This document shows, piece by piece, positions 18,494-27,029 of a DNA stretch of 51,914 nt. A program made the position numbers and the translations under genes. Source of the stretch: Spirochaetia bacterium (GTDB lineage: Bacteria; Spirochaetota; Spirochaetia; CADAEX01); contig JAVBQS010000124.1 of the NCBI GenBank assembly GCA_031548835.1, positions 1 to 51,914 of the forward strand. Reading direction: 5' to 3'. How positions within the stretch are numbered: the stretch's first letter is position 1; each line of letters opens with the position of its first letter. The notes below the pieces were generated by a model. It was not told the DNA's origin. It searched no databases and saw nothing but the letters and a program-made list of their open reading frames with translations.

Positions 18494-19867
18494 TTGCAAT
18501 ACCAGAAGCCTGTATTGATACAGGAACAGAAAATGAAATTGAGCCCGCAGATGTATCAATCAATACAGCTTATGGCTCTGCCTATTCAGGAACTTAAATT
18601 AAAAATAGATGAAGAAGTTGAAAAAAATCCTGCGCTGGAAGCAGTAGAGCAAAACAGCAATATTTCGCTCGATGATATATCTAAAAAAAGCAGCGATGAA
18701 GATGATTATTCTGAAGAAAGTTCTGATCCGGGGGATTTTTCATCATCTGACAATAATAGCGACAGCAAAAGAATGTTTATCGAAGGAGCATTATCAAGGC
18801 CCCAATCTTTGCAGGATTATCTTCTTGAACAATTACTTGTCCAGCCTATAAGAAAAAAAATCCTTGAAATAGGAAAACTGCTTATACAAAATCTTAACGA
18901 AGATGGTTTTAATATTGAAAAACCCAATATTCTTGCAAAAGGATATTCTTACAAAGATATTAATGAAGCTATAAATCTTGTAAGAATGCTTGATCCCCAT
19001 GGAACATGTACAGATGATTTTAAAGAATCTCTTATTGCCCAGGCAAAAATAGATAATAGTATGCCTCCTCATACTATTGAAATTATTGAAAACTATTTTG
19101 AACTTCTTGAAAAAGGCAAATATAAAGAAATAGCAAAAAAATTAAAAATAAGTGAAAAAAGAGTAGCAAATGCTCTTGAATATATAAAAACACTTAACCC
19201 TTTTCCCGGAAGGCAATTTTCAACTGAAACTACAATATATGTAGTCCCGGATCTAATGACAACTGCTGTAGATAATGAGCTTGTTATCAAGCTTAATGAA
19301 GAAGAAATCCCTGTTTTGGAAATAAGTCCGGAATTTAGAGAGATTCGCAAAAATAAAAAAGAATTAGCAGATAAAAAAACAACTCAGTTTGTCAATTCAA
19401 AAATAAAAGAAGCAGAATGGTTTATAAAGACAATTCATTTAAGAAATCAGACTCTTTTAAAAACAGCAAAAGCTATAGTGTTTTTCCAGAAAGAATTTTT
19501 CCTAAAAGGCCCTAAATTTCTTGCGCCGCTGACTCTAAAAGATATTTCAGAACAGGTAGGGGTGCATGAAACAACAATTTCAAGGATTTCCAATAAAAAA
19601 CATGTTCAGACAGACTGGGGAATATATGAACTCAAATATTTTTTTTCCACTGCTCTTTCGCGGACAGACAGCAAAGAAGATAGCGTATCCCGTGTAAGTG
19701 TTAAGCATATTATAAAAGAGATAATTGATACTGAAGGAAAAGGAAAGCATCTGTCTGACCAGAATATTGCTGATTTCCTTAAAGAAAAAAAAGGAATCAA
19801 AATTGCAAGAAGGACAGTTGCTAAATATAGAAAAGAGCTAGATATAGCATCTTCGTATGAAAGATAA
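18494..19867 (+). CDS. rpoN: RNA polymerase sigma-54 factor
   Basis: A TTG start follows GGGAGA. The N-terminal Gln/Leu region I is present (LSPQMYQSIQLMALP), as are a C-terminal HTH and the RpoN box (ARRTVAKYR). Confidence 0.93.
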   Translation: MQYQKPVLIQEQKMKLSPQMYQSIQLMALPIQELKLKIDEEVEKNPALEAVEQNSNISLDDISKKSSDEDDYSEESSDPGDFSSSDNNSDSKRMFIEGALSRPQSLQDYLLEQLLVQPIRKKILEIGKLLIQNLNEDGFNIEKPNILAKGYSYKDINEAINLVRMLDPHGTCTDDFKESLIAQAKIDNSMPPHTIEIIENYFELLEKGKYKEIAKKLKISEKRVANALEYIKTLNPFPGRQFSTETTIYVVPDLMTTAVDNELVIKLNEEEIPVLEISPEFREIRKNKKELADKKTTQFVNSKIKEAEWFIKTIHLRNQTLLKTAKAIVFFQKEFFLKGPKFLAPLTLKDISEQVGVHETTISRISNKKHVQTDWGIYELKYFFSTALSRTDSKEDSVSRVSVKHIIKEIIDTEGKGKHLSDQNIADFLKEKKGIKIARRTVAKYRKELDIASSYER

Positions 19868-19888
19868 CTTTAAACTAAGGAGAAGTTT

Positions 19889-20188
19889 ATGAACTTGGAG
19901 ATTAAAGGAATCCACTATGAGGTAACTGAAAGAACAACTGAACAAATTGAAAAAAAGGTGAAAAAGCTTGATTTTGCGGGAGATATGATTATTGATCTGC
20001 TTTTTAGAATTGAGCGGGATAAAGGACTTTATATTATTTCTGTAAATATTAACTTCAGATGGGGATTAAGCCATCATATAAAAGTTGAAGACCATGATCT
20101 TTATGATGGAATAGATAAAATAATGGAAAAAATAAAAAATAAAGTTGCAAAAGAAAAAGAAAAAATCCAGGAGCATACTGAAAAATAA
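19889..20188 (+). CDS. hpf: Ribosome hibernation factor / sigma-54 modulation protein (short HPF/YfiA type)
   Basis: A 99-aa protein beginning MNLEIKGIHYEVTERTTEQIEKKVKKL. It holds the conserved position immediately after rpoN. Confidence 0.8.
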   Translation: MNLEIKGIHYEVTERTTEQIEKKVKKLDFAGDMIIDLLFRIERDKGLYIISVNINFRWGLSHHIKVEDHDLYDGIDKIMEKIKNKVAKEKEKIQEHTEK

Positions 20189-20426
20189 TAATTTTTAGAA
20201 ATTTGTATAAAATTTTTCATAAAAATTGTATAAAAAAGTATATAAGGCCGAAATTCGAGTTTTGCAAAATAGTTTGCTAATGATGACTATTGGGAGATTT
20301 TAACTACATAAAAATATAGAATTGTAGAAAAAAACTCAAAATCCGGCCTGTAAACTAAAAAAACAGGGAGAGAGCTTAAACAGAGTTCTCTTCCATTATT
20401 CATTTTCTTGTTATAAGATAAATAGT

Positions 20427-21392
20427 ATGAAAAAAATAACAGTACTTGATCTGCTTGGCCTTGACCTAAAGGAGAATGATGATCTCCAGTTAAAATGTAT
20501 AGCAGGAAGGAAAGGACTTGGGCGGGAAATAACTGTATCTCACATTGACAGGCCAGGCCTTGCGCTGGCAGGATATTTTGATAATTTTGCATATCAAAGA
20601 GTCCAGATTTTCGGGCGCGGCGAGTTTGCTTTTATTAAAAAAATGATAGAAGCAAACAATACAGATTCAATAGAAAAGTTTTTTACTTTTCCTTTTCCAT
20701 GCTGTGTTTTTCCATATAGCGCAACTCCGGAGAAATTTTTTATTGAACTGGCTGAAAAAGTAAGATGCCCCATTCTCCAGACACCTCTTACTTCTCCTGA
20801 ATTTTCAGGCCGGCTTACCAGAGTTCTTGAAAATATTTTTGCTCCTCAGCAGGTTGTTCATGGCGTATTTGTTGAAGTTTCCGGAATAGGTGTTTTGATA
20901 AAGGGAAAAAGCGGGGTAGGCAAAAGCGAAGCAGCGCTTGAGCTTATAGAAAGAGGCCACAGCCTTATTGCTGATGATCTTGTTGAAATAAAAAGGATAC
21001 GGGGAAATCATCTTGAAGGAAGGGGAGGAAATGCTTTCCTTGCCCATCATATGGAAATACGGGGACTTGGAATAATTAATATTACACATCTGTTTGGAGT
21101 AGGTTCTATACGCGATTCTGAACAGATACAGCTTATTGTTAATCTTGAAACATGGGACCCTGATAAAGCATATGATAGAATAGGCGCAAGTGAAATGACA
21201 GAAGAAATATTGGGCGTTCATGTGCCTTGTCTTATAATACCTGTAAAACCAGGGCGGAATATACCAATAATAATTGAAACAGCTGCAATGAATGAAAGAT
21301 TAAAGAAAATGGGTTATTATTCTGCAAGAGAATTTAATCAAAATGTAATGAAATGGCTGGAGACAGATTCTGCAGGCGATTTTAAGGAATAG
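20427..21392 (+). CDS. hprK: HPr kinase/phosphorylase
   Basis: The P-loop GKSGVGKSEAALELIERGHSLIADD and the HprK signature EIRGLGIINI are both present. Confidence 0.93.
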   Translation: MKKITVLDLLGLDLKENDDLQLKCIAGRKGLGREITVSHIDRPGLALAGYFDNFAYQRVQIFGRGEFAFIKKMIEANNTDSIEKFFTFPFPCCVFPYSATPEKFFIELAEKVRCPILQTPLTSPEFSGRLTRVLENIFAPQQVVHGVFVEVSGIGVLIKGKSGVGKSEAALELIERGHSLIADDLVEIKRIRGNHLEGRGGNAFLAHHMEIRGLGIINITHLFGVGSIRDSEQIQLIVNLETWDPDKAYDRIGASEMTEEILGVHVPCLIIPVKPGRNIPIIIETAAMNERLKKMGYYSAREFNQNVMKWLETDSAGDFKE

Positions 21393-21421
21393 TTTTACAT
21401 AAATTATGGAGAGTGAACTGG

Positions 21422-21688
21422 ATGATTGAAAAGGATGTTGTTGTAAAAAACAGGGCTGGTATTCATGCAAGGCCTGCTGCAAGCATAGTAAAACTTGCCA
21501 ATAAATTTAATTCTGAAATAAAGATAAGAAAAGATAGCGATGAGATAAATGCAAAATCCATAATGGGCATAATAACGCTTGCAGCAGCTTTTAAAACAGA
21601 ATTAAAAATAATTGCAGAAGGCGATGATGAGCAAGCTGCGGTAGATGCATTATATAATTTATTTGAGAATAAATTTGAAGAAGAATAG
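21422..21688 (+). CDS. ptsH: Phosphocarrier protein HPr
   Basis: I prefer the ATG at 21422, preceded by GGAGAG. The active-site His context (NRAGIHARPA) and the regulatory Ser context (INAKSIMGI) are both present. Confidence 0.88.
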   Translation: MIEKDVVVKNRAGIHARPAASIVKLANKFNSEIKIRKDSDEINAKSIMGIITLAAAFKTELKIIAEGDDEQAAVDALYNLFENKFEEE

Positions 21689-22217
21689 TTTTATTTTTTT
21701 AATTTTTATACTGATTATCCCTCTATTTAATATCTGTGCAGTTGATGTTTCCTATAAGCTGGATAACAAGAAACTTTTAACCTGTTCAGTCAGCGCTCCT
21801 CCAATGAGAACAAAAAACATACTGGATTCAATGGAAATAGGGCACAGGACAGAAATAGAATTTAATATAAGAGTATATGAAAACAAAGCCAGGTTTTTTG
21901 GAGACAGGCTGGAAAATGAATCTTCAGCTTCCTATATTGCAACAAGAGATCCTGTAAGCGGAACTTTTAAAATAGTAAAATCTGATGGAGAAAAAATAAA
22001 AAAAGAAGATGAAGAATCTTTTTTTAATACTTTTTTTTCAATAGAAAATCTTAAAATTGATATGAGCGGCGCTAATAGAGGAGAATATTATATATTAAGC
22101 CGCATTGAAATGAAAATAATAAAATTAATACCGCCGCTTAATCTTTTATCCGATATTATCCCTGGTGTTGTAGAAAAAACTGACTGGATAAAAGTTGGAA
22201 CTTTCAGGATAGAGTAA
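21645..22217 (+). CDS. Secreted DUF4390-like protein (tentative)
   Basis: A signal peptide is present, and the size is about 180-190 aa. The gene lies immediately upstream of an NtrY-like kinase, as in the DUF4390-ntrY-ntrX arrangement I recall from betaproteobacteria. The start is uncertain: ATG 21645 or in-frame TTG 21675. Both overlap the ptsH 3' end. Confidence 0.45.
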   Translation: MHYIIYLRINLKKNSFIFLIFILIIPLFNICAVDVSYKLDNKKLLTCSVSAPPMRTKNILDSMEIGHRTEIEFNIRVYENKARFFGDRLENESSASYIATRDPVSGTFKIVKSDGEKIKKEDEESFFNTFFSIENLKIDMSGANRGEYYILSRIEMKIIKLIPPLNLLSDIIPGVVEKTDWIKVGTFRIE

Positions 22218-24001
22218 TGAAAGGGCCTCATCCATTAATAAAATCAAGGGCAGGCCTTTTAAGCATACTCTTTATCTATGTTTTTATAATCTTTCTTATA
22301 CTTTTTTTCTCAAAACAAATAATAAGCGATCTCTCAACCGATGATGTCTCGACCAGATTTATACTTCTTCCTTTTGCAATTGTTCTGCCTCTTTTTCTTG
22401 CAGGCAATATTATTATAAATATTGTAAAAATTATAAGAGATACAAAAAGAAAAAAAGCAGGAGCTACCTTCAGGATCAAGCTGATTCTGTTTTTTTCTTT
22501 TGTCGCTTTTGTTTCTGCTGTGCCTCAGGCAATTCTTTCAATAAATTTTATTGATACTGTTATGAAGTCATGGCTTAACAAAGATCATTCAGGAGCTGTA
22601 AAAGGCGGCCTTGAAATTGCCATAGATTATTACAATGAAAGGACTGCTGCTCTTGAAGCAGTTATAGATTCTCCGTTTTTTATTTATGCGGCAAATTTTA
22701 TACCTGTTGATCCGGGAAGAGCCTGGACAATGTATAAAAGAAGTTTTCCATTTATTTCAAGCATGCAGGTTCTTGAAGATGGAAAGACAACCTATTTTGA
22801 GGGGAAAGAAGAAGGAAAAATATCTGACTATAGAGTATCTTCAATGGGAAGGGGACTTTTGACAAAAGATACAATGGAAGATATTACTGTACTAAGAGTA
22901 CAGGGCTCTTTCAGAAGCAGGGGTGAGATTTATTCAGTCATATTTAGTTCTTTTCTTCCTGAAAAATTTGACAATAAGGCGGAAAATCTTACATCATCAT
23001 ATGATGTTTTTCTCCAGCTTGAAAGTTATCAATCTGTTTTCAGGCTTATTATAACTGGTGTGCTTATTTTTTTCAGTTTGCCTATTTTTCTTTTATCTAT
23101 AATTATAAGCTTCCGCCTCTCTGAAGAAGTTCTTCATCCTATTGTACAGCTTGAAGAAGCGACAAGAAGAGTTGCAGAAGGAGATTTTTCATTCAGGCTT
23201 CTTGCGCGGCCAGGGGATAATATTTCATTGCTTATAAACTCTTTTAACCAGATGATAAAAGAACTTGAATCTTCGAGAAAGAAAAATATGCAGGTTGATA
23301 AGATCAATGCATGGAAAGAAATTGCGCGCAGAATGGCGCATGAAATAAAAAATCCGCTTACCCCAATTAAACTTTCAGCAGAAAGGGTACTTAGAAGATA
23401 TAATTCCGATGATCCTAATTTTAGTAAAATACTTGATTCTTCCATAAAAGTTATTGTAACAGAAGTTGACAGGCTGACACATCTTCTCGAAGAATTTAGC
23501 GATTTTGCAAGAATGCCTCCAATAATGTTTTTGCCTGTAAAACCAGCGGAAATTATCAAAGAAGCATGTGATATTTTCTCTTCCTCATCTCCCGGCATTG
23601 TTTTTGATATAACAAATGCAGATAAAGAAGCAACTATTATTGCTGATAACGAAAAAATAAAACAGGTTCTTATAAATCTTTTTGCAAATGCTATTGATGC
23701 AATGGACGGGCATGGTGTTATTCATATACGCACTGATAAAATTATAAAAGAAAACAGGCAGTTTTACAGAATCCAGATTGCAGATACAGGGCGCGGAATA
23801 GATAAAGATATTGCAGATAAAATTTTTTCTCCCTATTTTACAACAAGGGAAGATGGAACAGGCCTTGGCCTTGCTATTGTTGAAAGAATTATTTTTGACC
23901 ATAATGGTTCAATATGGTTTGAAACTGAAAAAGGGACAGGAACTACATTTTTTATAGATCTGCCGTTTGGAGTAGATGATGAGCAAAATATTAGTAATTG
24001 A
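22217..24001 (+). CDS. NtrY-like sensor histidine kinase (multi-TM, HAMP, HisKA, HATPase)
   Basis: The start shares a TAATG overlap with the upstream gene. The H-box is ARRMAHEIKNPLTPIKLSAERV, the HAMP segment is ATRRVAEGDFSFRL, and the ATPase G-boxes are DTGRGI and GTGLGLAIV. Confidence 0.88.
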   Translation: MKGPHPLIKSRAGLLSILFIYVFIIFLILFFSKQIISDLSTDDVSTRFILLPFAIVLPLFLAGNIIINIVKIIRDTKRKKAGATFRIKLILFFSFVAFVSAVPQAILSINFIDTVMKSWLNKDHSGAVKGGLEIAIDYYNERTAALEAVIDSPFFIYAANFIPVDPGRAWTMYKRSFPFISSMQVLEDGKTTYFEGKEEGKISDYRVSSMGRGLLTKDTMEDITVLRVQGSFRSRGEIYSVIFSSFLPEKFDNKAENLTSSYDVFLQLESYQSVFRLIITGVLIFFSLPIFLLSIIISFRLSEEVLHPIVQLEEATRRVAEGDFSFRLLARPGDNISLLINSFNQMIKELESSRKKNMQVDKINAWKEIARRMAHEIKNPLTPIKLSAERVLRRYNSDDPNFSKILDSSIKVIVTEVDRLTHLLEEFSDFARMPPIMFLPVKPAEIIKEACDIFSSSSPGIVFDITNADKEATIIADNEKIKQVLINLFANAIDAMDGHGVIHIRTDKIIKENRQFYRIQIADTGRGIDKDIADKIFSPYFTTREDGTGLGLAIVERIIFDHNGSIWFETEKGTGTTFFIDLPFGVDDEQNISN

Positions 24002-25382
24002 TGATGAAGAAAATATAAGAGAAGTATTATCAGGAATACTTGAAGATGAAGGTTATTCTGTAGACAGCGCAAAAGACGGGCCTGAAGGGCTTAAAAAAGC
24101 TGAAACAGGAAATTTTGACCTTATAATACTTGATGTATGGCTTCCCGGAATGGGCGGAATGGAAGTGCTGGATAAAATTAAAAAAACAGTTTCAGACCTT
24201 GAAGTTATTGTTATATCAGGACATGGAAATATTGATATGGCAGTAAAAGCTGTAAAAAGGGGAGCTTTTGATTTTCTGGAAAAACCTCTCTCTCTTGATA
24301 AAGTTATTACTGTTGTAAAAAATGCATTAACGGTAGAACATTTGAAAAAAGAAAACAGGGAGCTAAAAGAATCTCTTTTTCTTGAAGACAGAATAACAGG
24401 CTCAAGCCTGCAAATAGAAAAAATAAAAAAAACAATAAGCCAGGCAGCTCCATCTGATGCAAGCATAATGATTTTTGGAGAAAATGGAACAGGCAAGGAG
24501 CTTGTAGCCCGCGAAATACACAGGCAAAGCAACAGGCATAATCAGCCTTTTATCGAGGTAAACTGCGCATCAATACCTGACTCGCTTATTGAAAGCGAAC
24601 TTTTCGGCCATGAAAAAGGCGCTTTTACAGGAGCAGTTTCAGGCAGAAAAGGCAAATTTGAACTTGCTGATAAAGGAACTCTTTTTCTGGATGAAATTGC
24701 AGATATGTCTTTAAGCGCCCAGGCAAAAGTTTTACGCGCTGTGCAGGAGATGAGGTTTGAAAGAGTTGGAAGTGAAAAAAGCATTCAGGTTGATGTAAGA
24801 ATAATCTGCGCTACAAATAAAGATATTGCTGCTGAGGTAAAGGCAGGAAGATTCAGGGAAGATCTTTACTTTAGGCTAAATGTAATACCAATAAATGTTC
24901 CTTCTTTACGCGACAGAAAAGAAGATGTTCCTGAGCTTGCCAATTATTTTCTTAGAAAATACACCAGGGGAGAGCATTCAGGCGAAGCTATGGCGGAAAA
25001 AACAATTTCTGAAAAAGGATATAATATCTTAAAGCAATATCCATGGCCTGGTAATATAAGAGAACTTAAAAATGTTTTGCAGAGAATATTTGTAATGAGC
25101 GATGAGACTGTTATCTCGCCTGAGACAATAAAATATTATCTTGATGAAACACATTTAAGCAATGTCCCTCCTGCTGAAGAAAAACCTGAACTTGGACAGT
25201 TTCCAATCTATTTTGACCCTGCTCTGGCATTAAATGATGCAAAAGATTTTTTTGAAAGAAATTTTATTATTAAAAAACTTGAAAAAAATGGTTATAATAT
25301 AGCAAAGACTGCGAAAGAAATGGGTGTTTATCCTGGAAATTTACACCAGAAAATAAAAAAACTGGGGATAGATATAAAATGA
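23976..25382 (+). CDS. Sigma-54-dependent response regulator (receiver, AAA+, Fis-type HTH; NtrC/NtrX family)
   Basis: The receiver domain is KILVIDDEENIR...DVWLPGMGG. Walker A is GENGTGKE, the sigma-54 contact loop is GAFTGA (EKGAFTGAV), and there is a C-terminal HTH. The gene overlaps the kinase gene by 26 nt. Confidence 0.92.
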   Translation: MMSKILVIDDEENIREVLSGILEDEGYSVDSAKDGPEGLKKAETGNFDLIILDVWLPGMGGMEVLDKIKKTVSDLEVIVISGHGNIDMAVKAVKRGAFDFLEKPLSLDKVITVVKNALTVEHLKKENRELKESLFLEDRITGSSLQIEKIKKTISQAAPSDASIMIFGENGTGKELVAREIHRQSNRHNQPFIEVNCASIPDSLIESELFGHEKGAFTGAVSGRKGKFELADKGTLFLDEIADMSLSAQAKVLRAVQEMRFERVGSEKSIQVDVRIICATNKDIAAEVKAGRFREDLYFRLNVIPINVPSLRDRKEDVPELANYFLRKYTRGEHSGEAMAEKTISEKGYNILKQYPWPGNIRELKNVLQRIFVMSDETVISPETIKYYLDETHLSNVPPAEEKPELGQFPIYFDPALALNDAKDFFERNFIIKKLEKNGYNIAKTAKEMGVYPGNLHQKIKKLGIDIK

Positions 25383-25981
25383 AAACTCTCACAAACAGGC
25401 AGGCAGAAGTTCTTGAATTTATTAAAGATTATAAGAGTAAAAATTCCTATCTGCCGACCATGCGTGAAATAGCTGATTATTTCAAAATCTCTGTAAAAGG
25501 CGCTTATGACCATATTAAGGCTCTGGAAAAAAAAGAAGTTATAAAATGTAATTTAAGAAGATCCAGGGCTATTGAAATTGTTGAAAATGTAGAAGTTGAT
25601 GAACTTGTAAATATACCTATTCTTGGTAATGTAGCAGCGGGAATTCCTCTTCTTTCAGAAGAAAATCTTGAAGGATATATTCCTATTCCTCTACGGTTTC
25701 TTAAAAAAGGCGAACATTTTGCACTACGGGTAAAGGGAGACAGCATGAAAGATGCTGGAATACTTGAAGGAGATATTGCTTTTTTTGTAAAGCAGATAAA
25801 TGCTGAAAATGGCAATATTGTAATAGCTTTGCTCAATGATGAAGCTATTACTCTTAAAAGATTTTATAAAGAGACAAACAGGGTAAAACTTAAAGCTGAA
25901 AATCCTGTCTATCCTCCAATTTATACACAAAATGTTAAAGTTTTGGGAAAACTGGTTTATATATTGAGAAATTATGAGTGA
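25379..25981 (+). CDS. lexA: LexA repressor
   Basis: The N-terminal winged HTH is LTNRQAEVLEFI...PTMREIA. The Ala-Gly cleavage site (NVAAGIP), catalytic Ser (VKGDSMKDAG) and catalytic Lys (ITLKRF) are present. The start shares an ATGA overlap with the upstream regulator gene. Confidence 0.92.
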   Translation: MKTLTNRQAEVLEFIKDYKSKNSYLPTMREIADYFKISVKGAYDHIKALEKKEVIKCNLRRSRAIEIVENVEVDELVNIPILGNVAAGIPLLSEENLEGYIPIPLRFLKKGEHFALRVKGDSMKDAGILEGDIAFFVKQINAENGNIVIALLNDEAITLKRFYKETNRVKLKAENPVYPPIYTQNVKVLGKLVYILRNYE

Positions 25982-26993
25982 AGCAAAAAATACATATCTT
26001 CTTCTTGGGCCTGAAGCTGGGGAAAAAAATGAATTTATTCAAGGCATAAAAAAACAGATGGAAAAATCTGCAGGCGGAGCTGTGGAATTATATAGTTTTT
26101 ATCCCTATGATACAGATATTTCTGAAATTATTTCAATAATGAAAAATATTTCGCTTTTTGCATCTGCAAAACTTGTTTTAATAAAAAATTGCCATGATCT
26201 TAAAAAAAAGGATATTGCATTAATTGCAGAATATATTAAAAATCCTTCCAAAGATTGTGTTCTTGTACTTACATCTGACAATACAAAAGCAGATTCTGCA
26301 ATAGAAAAAGCTGTTCCTTCTGAAAATAAAAAAATATTCTGGGAAATGTTTGAAAGCAGAAAAAAATCATGGGTGCTTCAATTTTTTCACAAAGAAAAAA
26401 TTTCAATTGAAAATAATGCAGTCAATTTTCTTGTAGATATACTTGAAGGAGACAGCGAATCATTAAAAAAAGAGTGCGGAAATCTCTCTCTTTTTTTCGG
26501 GCAGAATGAAATAATAACAGAAGAAAAAATAGCAGATTTTTTTTATAACAGAAAAGAAGAAAATATATTTTCTCTTTTTGATTATATTTCACAGGTAGAT
26601 CTTGAAAAATCTGTTATTGCTGCGAAAAATATAATTCTTTCTGGAGAAAGTGCTCCTGTCCAGATGCTTGGCGGCCTTTTGTGGCAGATTAAAAATGTAT
26701 ATGAGATTGACAAGATTATAGCCAAAAAAAAATCTTTTTCCGAAGCTTGTATAGAACTTAATATAAGAACAAAAAAAATGCAGGGAGTATATTCTTCTGC
26801 AAACCAAAATTATTCAATAAAAGAGATTGAAAAAATAATTACTCTTACTGCTTATTATGATCTTCTTTTTAGGTCTGTAAAAACAGAAATACAGCATATG
26901 ATGTTTCCTGTTTATCTTTATTCAATAATTGTAAATAAAGGCGATAATTTGTTAACTGCAAATAGGAATGCTTTTTCGAGAAATTATCTTTAG
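25974..26993 (+). CDS. holA: DNA polymerase III delta subunit
   Basis: A 339-aa protein beginning YLLLGPEAGEKNEFI with a typical HolA layout. It overlaps the lexA stop by 8 nt. Confidence 0.8.
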   Translation: MSEAKNTYLLLGPEAGEKNEFIQGIKKQMEKSAGGAVELYSFYPYDTDISEIISIMKNISLFASAKLVLIKNCHDLKKKDIALIAEYIKNPSKDCVLVLTSDNTKADSAIEKAVPSENKKIFWEMFESRKKSWVLQFFHKEKISIENNAVNFLVDILEGDSESLKKECGNLSLFFGQNEIITEEKIADFFYNRKEENIFSLFDYISQVDLEKSVIAAKNIILSGESAPVQMLGGLLWQIKNVYEIDKIIAKKKSFSEACIELNIRTKKMQGVYSSANQNYSIKEIEKIITLTAYYDLLFRSVKTEIQHMMFPVYLYSIIVNKGDNLLTANRNAFSRNYL

Positions 26994-27029
26994 AATACAA
27001 ATTTTAATAATTCCTATGCTTGCTACGGG

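Noticed and set aside
22276-25930. Several 60-160-aa minus-strand ORFs inside the kinase, regulator and lexA genes (for example 23134-23598 and 24053-24532)
   Set aside because: They are antisense to strongly supported genes, Ser-rich and without motifs. They are shadow ORFs.
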